The position numbers were made by a program, and so were the translations under genes. A stretch of 64,000 nt of DNA from an uncultured Clostridia bacterium (lineage in GTDB: Bacteria; Bacillota; Clostridia; Christensenellales; CAG-917). Below are positions 29,318-32,654 of the stretch, in pieces. The notes under the pieces were generated by a model. The model had not been told where the DNA came from and did no database searches. It was given only the letters and a program-made list of their open reading frames with translations. The DNA is taken from contig CASECZ010000005.1 in assembly GCA_949286725.1 (NCBI GenBank), positions 5,648 to 69,647 of the forward strand, given 5' to 3'. How positions within the stretch are numbered: position 1 is the first letter of the stretch; each line of letters opens with the position of its first letter.

Positions 29318-29467
29318 TAGGAAGTCCAACCGGACTTCCGTAATAGCGAATTGCGTGCATCTGTTGGCGCAACTTGCTTTGCGCCGCACGCAATCAGCGT
29401 CAGTCCGGACTTGTCCGGAGTTCTCTCCGAAGGAGTGCTTACTGCGTAAGCAAATCTCCGTCGGAAT
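29318..29467 (-). other. ORF-less insertion carrying a conserved hairpin module (E-motif); candidate structured RNA or miniature insertion element
   Basis: Lies between the two 53-bp repeats. Positions 29338-29403 are 65/66 identical (in inverted orientation) to 31208-31273. Four hairpins; no credible ORF. Confidence 0.5.
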
Positions 29468-29499
29468 AAAGAAAAAGAGCACTTGACGTGCTCTTTTTC
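29468..29499 (-). terminator. Terminator hairpin of the five-tRNA operon (also the proximal half of the 53-bp repeat)
   Basis: GAAAAAGAGCAC-gtcaa-GTGCTCTTTTTC directly after CCA; symmetric A and T runs. Confidence 0.65.
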
Positions 29500-29575
29500 T
29501 GGTGACCCACCGGAGATTCGAACTCCGGACCATCGCATTAAAAGTGCGGTGCTCTACCTGCTGAGCTAGTGAGTC
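29500..29575 (-). tRNA. tRNA-Lys (anticodon UUU)
   Basis: GACTCAC...CGCACTTTTAATGCG...CGGAGTTCGAATCTCCGGTGGGTCACCA; cloverleaf fits, CCA encoded. Confidence 0.92.
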
Positions 29576-29580
29576 ATTTC

Positions 29581-29655
29581 TGGCAGGGGTAGCTGGATTC
29601 GAACCAACGAATGCCAGAATCAAAATCTGGTGCCTTACCGCTTGGCGATACCCCT
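29581..29655 (-). tRNA. tRNA-Gln (anticodon UUG)
   Basis: AGGGGTATCGCCAAGCGGTAAGGCACCAGATTTTGATTCTGG...GGTTCGAATCCAGCTACCCCTGCCA. Confidence 0.92.
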
Positions 29656-29687
29656 TTGACTCGGTAAGACCGAGATTTGAGTCAATG

Positions 29688-29765
29688 TGGGGTGAGTAGT
29701 GGGATTCGAACCCACGGCCTTCAGGGCCACAACCTGACGCGCTAACCAACTGCGCTATACCCACC
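29688..29765 (-). tRNA. tRNA-His (anticodon GUG) with encoded G-1
   Basis: GGTGGGTATAGCGCAGTTGGTTAGCGCGTCAGGTTGTGGCCCTGA...GGGTTCGAATCCCACTACTCACCCCA. Confidence 0.92.
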
Positions 29766-29769
29766 ATAA

Positions 29770-29846
29770 TGGCGAGCCAGAAGAGATTCGAACTCCCGAC
29801 ACACGGCTTAGAAGGCCGTTGCTCTATCCTGCTGAGCTACTGGCTC
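29770..29846 (-). tRNA. tRNA-Arg (anticodon UCU)
   Basis: GAGCCAGTAGCTCAGCAGGATAGAGCAACGGCCTTCTAAGCCG...GGGAGTTCGAATCTCTTCTGGCTCGCCA. Confidence 0.92.
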
Positions 29847-29851
29847 AAAGT

Positions 29852-29925
29852 TGGAGCGGGTGATGGGAATCGGACCCACGCGACCAGCTTGGAAGGCTGG
29901 TATTCTACCATTGAACTACACCCGC
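29852..29925 (-). tRNA. tRNA-Gly (anticodon UCC), T-loop TCCGATT (C at position 55)
   Basis: GCGGGTGTAGTTCAATGGTAGAATACCAGCCTTCCAAGCTGG...GTGGGTCCGATTCCCATCACCCGCTCCA. Confidence 0.85.
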
Positions 29926-29970
29926 ACGTGTTCCGAGCGCACACCATAAGGCTATTTTCGATGCTTGAAG

Positions 29971-29999
29971 ATTTTACCATACTAAAATGCGCTTGTCAA
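29971..29999 (-). promoter_or_regulatory. Promoter of the Gly-Arg-His-Gln-Lys tRNA operon
   Basis: On the minus strand: TTGACA, 17-nt spacer, TAAAAT, about 45 nt upstream of tRNA-Gly. Confidence 0.55.
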
Positions 30000-30487
30000 C
30001 GATTTTGACATCTTATGACGCAAAGAAAAATGCACGACAGCACTCATTAATAACTATTCGAAGATTTGAAGAAAGAATTTGATTTGTATGGAGGTATCGA
30101 TAAAGTTTTACAACACGATAAGTGTTATATTTTGTCTTACAATCTGCAATGTAAAACACGATACGTGTATATAATATTTTTTTACATAATAATATCCCTT
30201 CCGATAGCGCCGTTTTACTGTCATATCGGCAAATTTAACACACGAAACGTATTTTATATATTTGTGGTATTCTGCCATTACGCATCGACAAACCTGATTA
30301 GACAGGGCGGCTGTAAGACTCCATATGAGATTCGACTGTGAGCATCTTGCTTTCCGAATTTAGGTGCCATTGAAATTTTGATAGAAAATCGTAGAATTAA
30401 CTGATAATACACAACAAAAAAACGGGGAATCTTAAATTGTACGTTTTGGCGTGCCGAAACAACATAAAAAAGTCTATACAGCAGATA
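30000..30487. other. AT-rich non-coding island between the two tRNA clusters
   Basis: By eye, individual 60-nt lines are about 25-35% GC, against about 55-60% in the flanks. Only a TTG-initiated 91-aa ORF of low-complexity composition is present. Confidence 0.6.
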
Positions 30488-30500
30488 ACGCGCAAATAAC

Positions 30501-30532
30501 CTCTGCGCAAATGGTGCAGCCGAAGGGACTTG
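30501..30532 (-). repeat. Displaced copy of the tRNA-Leu(UAG) 3' end (C56 to CCA) plus part of its terminator
   Basis: 32/32 identical to 30698-30729. The adjacent terminator arm is degenerate. Confidence 0.9.
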
Positions 30533-30697
30533 CTCCGCTTGGCTTGTCACCTTACACACGCACTGCACAGGATGACACACACACTCGCACTCCTTTCCGT
30601 TGCCCGCGCTATCACGCCTGGGCGGGGCAACAATTCTTATGGATTGTTGCCTTTTCCGCCCGTTCAAGTCCCGTATAATGAATAATGCGCAGAGAGT
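30533..30697 (-). other. ORF-less insertion behind tRNA-Leu (different sequence family from the Lys inserts)
   Basis: Bounded by the 32-bp repeats. Contains a long hairpin GGGCGG-aaaa-GGCAACAAT...ATTGTTGCC-CCGCCC, a GT-rich tract, and an inverted 11-nt copy of the tRNA T-arm. Confidence 0.5.
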
Positions 30698-30708
30698 CTC
30701 TGCGCAAA

Positions 30709-30791
30709 TGGTGCAGCCGAAGGGACTTGAACCCATACGGTTTCCCACCGGAACCTAAATCCGGCGCGTCTGCCAATTTCGCCACGGCTGC
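30709..30791 (-). tRNA. tRNA-Leu (anticodon UAG)
   Basis: GCAGCCGTGGCGAAATTGGCAGACGCGCCGGATTTAGGTTCCGG...ATGGGTTCAAGTCCCTTCGGCTGCACCA; long variable arm. Confidence 0.88.
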
Positions 30792-30916
30792 AAGCCACTT
30801 TATTATATCATAATCGCCCAAGATGTAAAGCAAAAGCCCTCTGCCACGGAAAATTGCACAATTAGCGAAAAATCTCTTGCTTTTTTTACAATAGTTTGTT
30901 ATATTAGTACTCGCTC

Positions 30917-30991
30917 GCGGGAGTGACTCAGTGGTAGAGTGTCACCTTGCCAAGGTGAAAGTCGCGGGTCCGAATCCCGTCTCCCGCTCCA
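30917..30991 (+). tRNA. tRNA-Gly (anticodon GCC), T-loop TCCGAAT (C at position 55)
   Basis: GCGGGAGTGACTCAGTGGTAGAGTGTCACCTTGCCAAGGTGAAAGTCGCGGGTCCGAATCCCGTCTCCCGCTCCA. Confidence 0.88.
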
Positions 30992-31040
30992 TTCCAAAGT
31001 TAGCGACGATGACCGCAAATTGCGTATTCGTCGCGAAAAT

Positions 31041-31116
31041 GCGCCCTTAGCTCAGCTGGTAGAGCAACTGACTCTTAATCAGTGGGTCCCGGGTTCGAAT
31101 CCCTGAGGGCGCACCA
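31041..31116 (+). tRNA. tRNA-Lys (anticodon CUU)
   Basis: GCGCCCTTAGCTCAGCTGGTAGAGCAACTGACTCTTAATCAGTGGGTCCCGGGTTCGAATCCCTGAGGGCGCACCA. Has one C50:U64 mismatch in the T-stem. Confidence 0.85.
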
Positions 31117-31224
31117 AAAACACCGCTAAATGCGGTGTTATTCTTTTGCCCGAAGGGATTTATATTTCCAATATCCGCCTTATGGCGGAGAACCCGGGCA
31201 CACCCGGCTGACGCTGATTGCGTG
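31096..31224 (+). repeat. First copy of the 200-bp-period repeat. Contents: tRNA-Lys(CUU) C56 to CCA, terminator, spacer, and the 5' part of the E-motif
   Basis: Aligns to 31296-31426. 96/98 identical over the first 98 nt, then a swapped hairpin, then an identical CTGACGCTGATTGCGTG. Confidence 0.9.
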
Positions 31225-31295
31225 CGGCGCAAAGCGAGTTGCGCCAACAGATGCACGCAATTCGCTATTACGGCAGCCGCTGGGCTTGCTGCCTA
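31175..31295 (+). other. Complete E-motif copy (hp0, AGAAC, hp1, 66-nt core, hp3, TA) ending at the displaced tRNA-Lys(CUU) 3' fragment
   Basis: Core 31208-31273 is 65/66 identical to the reverse complement of 29338-29403. The flanking hairpins are compensatory variants of those at 29318-29435. Confidence 0.5.
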
Positions 31296-31426
31296 CGAAT
31301 CCCTGAGGGCGCACCAAAAACACCGCTAAATGCGGTGTTTTTCTTTTGCCCGAAGGGATTTATATTTCCAATATCCGCCTCATGGCGGAGAACTCCGGAC
31401 AAGTCCGGACTGACGCTGATTGCGTG
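31296..31426 (+). repeat. Second, truncated repeat unit. Contents: displaced tRNA 3' fragment 31296-31316, terminator, spacer, hp0, hp1, first 17 nt of the core
   Basis: Similarity to the full unit stops after GATTGCGTG at 31426. Its hp1 is the TCCGGAcaagTCCGGA variant seen at the Lys(UUU) locus. Confidence 0.85.
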
Positions 31427-31538
31427 AGCGCTAACGGAAAAGCTGCTGACAAACCGATATAACAGGATTTCGTTGAAATAAAACGCGTGGTTAGAATAGT
31501 GAAATACGGCTTATTTTTACCGATTGGTGTTGAAATGT

Positions 31539-32414
31539 TCAGCGTTCGGAAGAGGACATTGCCTGATATTCCGAAGGGGTAAGCCCTGTGACCTGTTTGA
31601 ATTTGCGTATGAAATACGCGGGGTCGTCGTAGCCGACTTCCGCGGCGACGGCTTGTATTTTGATGCTGCGGTTTTGGAGCAGTTCTTTTGCTTTGCTTAT
31701 TCGCATTGAGAGTATATACTGCGACAACGTGGTTTTCATTGTCTGGCTGAACAGTCTGGAAAAATAGGTCGGGCTCACCATACACAGCGCCGCGAGTTCG
31801 TGTATCGTGATTTGCGACTTGTAATGTTGTTCGATATAGCGCAGGGCGGGTTGCAATTTGTTGTAATTGCTCGCGGTTTTCGTCGAATGGTCTTCGAGTT
31901 CCAGCAGAATGCCGAAATGATTGATGTAATCCGCAAGTTTTGAAACGAGTTTGGACATTTCCAAAAAGCGTTCTTCCTCGACTTGCGGCATATTGTCATA
32001 TATTTTTTTGAGTTCGGGGTGGTTTTCGAGGGAAATGGGTGCGTAGATATAGTCCAGCTTGTCATCGGAAATGTTCGAACGGGTGGACCCGCCGCAGATT
32101 GCACCGATGTGTTCCCCCTTATAAAAGAGAGGCACAGAAAAATCTATAAGTCCGTAAGCGCACTTGTAGTAGTGGGTTTTGCCTCGGCGGGCCGCTTCGA
32201 AGGATGCGTGACTTGCCGCCGCAAGGCAAGCCGTGCGGATTGCGGGGTCCTGGCGCGCGCACTTGCAGAAAATGGCGTCGTTGCAGGGGTAGATGATGAT
32301 GTTGCCGAGCGTATCCAACACGCACAGATTCATCCCCGTTGCCTTTGCAACGGAGTCCAGAGTCAATGTAAGCTTGTCCAGCGATACTATCTCTTCGAGT
32401 CTGTGTGAAGTCAT
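31539..32414 (-). CDS. AraC-family transcriptional regulator with N-terminal PocR sensory domain
   Basis: 291 aa. PocR-like N-terminus (CKCARQDPAIRTAC...YYKCAYGLIDFSVPLFYKGEHIGAICGG) and a C-terminal AraC HTH (ITIHELAALCMVSPTYFSRLFSQ...GYDDPAYFIRKFKQVTG). Confidence 0.85.
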   Translation of the reverse strand: MTSHRLEEIVSLDKLTLTLDSVAKATGMNLCVLDTLGNIIIYPCNDAIFCKCARQDPAIRTACLAAASHASFEAARRGKTHYYKCAYGLIDFSVPLFYKGEHIGAICGGSTRSNISDDKLDYIYAPISLENHPELKKIYDNMPQVEEERFLEMSKLVSKLADYINHFGILLELEDHSTKTASNYNKLQPALRYIEQHYKSQITIHELAALCMVSPTYFSRLFSQTMKTTLSQYILSMRISKAKELLQNRSIKIQAVAAEVGYDDPAYFIRKFKQVTGLTPSEYQAMSSSER

Positions 32415-32458
32415 TTTGTTCCTACAGATTTTTCAATTTGTTTTAATAAAATCAGCCA

Positions 32459-32514
32459 TTTGTCAATATTGTACAACAAAATAGTACAATATGTCTGCAT
32501 TTTTGTCAATTGTA
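32459..32514. promoter_or_regulatory. Direct and inverted repeats in the divergent intergenic region (candidate AraC-family operator)
   Basis: TTTGTCAATATTGTA (32459-32473) and TTTGTCAATTGTA (32502-32514). Inverted repeat ATTGTAC (32468-32474) / GTACAAT (32484-32490). Confidence 0.35.
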
Positions 32515-32654
32515 ACCTTCGTTTGCTTAAAGTATCATGAAATCAGAGCACGAAGAGCAAGAAGCGCATGGCTTCTGTCGGAAATGGGACGTCGGCGTAG
32601 GGAAAAAGGAGGTCTTGTCAAGCCGTGTTCCGAAAAACAAAAAGGAGTGAAGTT

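Noticed and set aside
30066-30341. 91-aa ORF in the AT-rich island
   Set aside because: It has a TTG start without an RBS. Its Ile/Phe/Tyr/Lys-rich sequence is as expected from random AT-rich DNA, and no homology is recognisable.
29265-31426. CRISPR array as an explanation for the ~200-bp periodic repeats
   Set aside because: The repeats are 32-131 bp, are tRNA-derived, and occur only twice per locus. The 'spacers' are partly homologous between loci, there are no short palindromic repeats of uniform size, and there are no cas genes.
29115-31538. Integrase, transposase or reverse-transcriptase gene that could explain the tRNA-linked repeats
   Set aside because: No ORF in any frame in this interval has coding-like composition or recombinase motifs. 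The track ORFs here (29128-29538, 29258-29767, 30278-30748, 31360-31785) run through tRNA genes or repeats.
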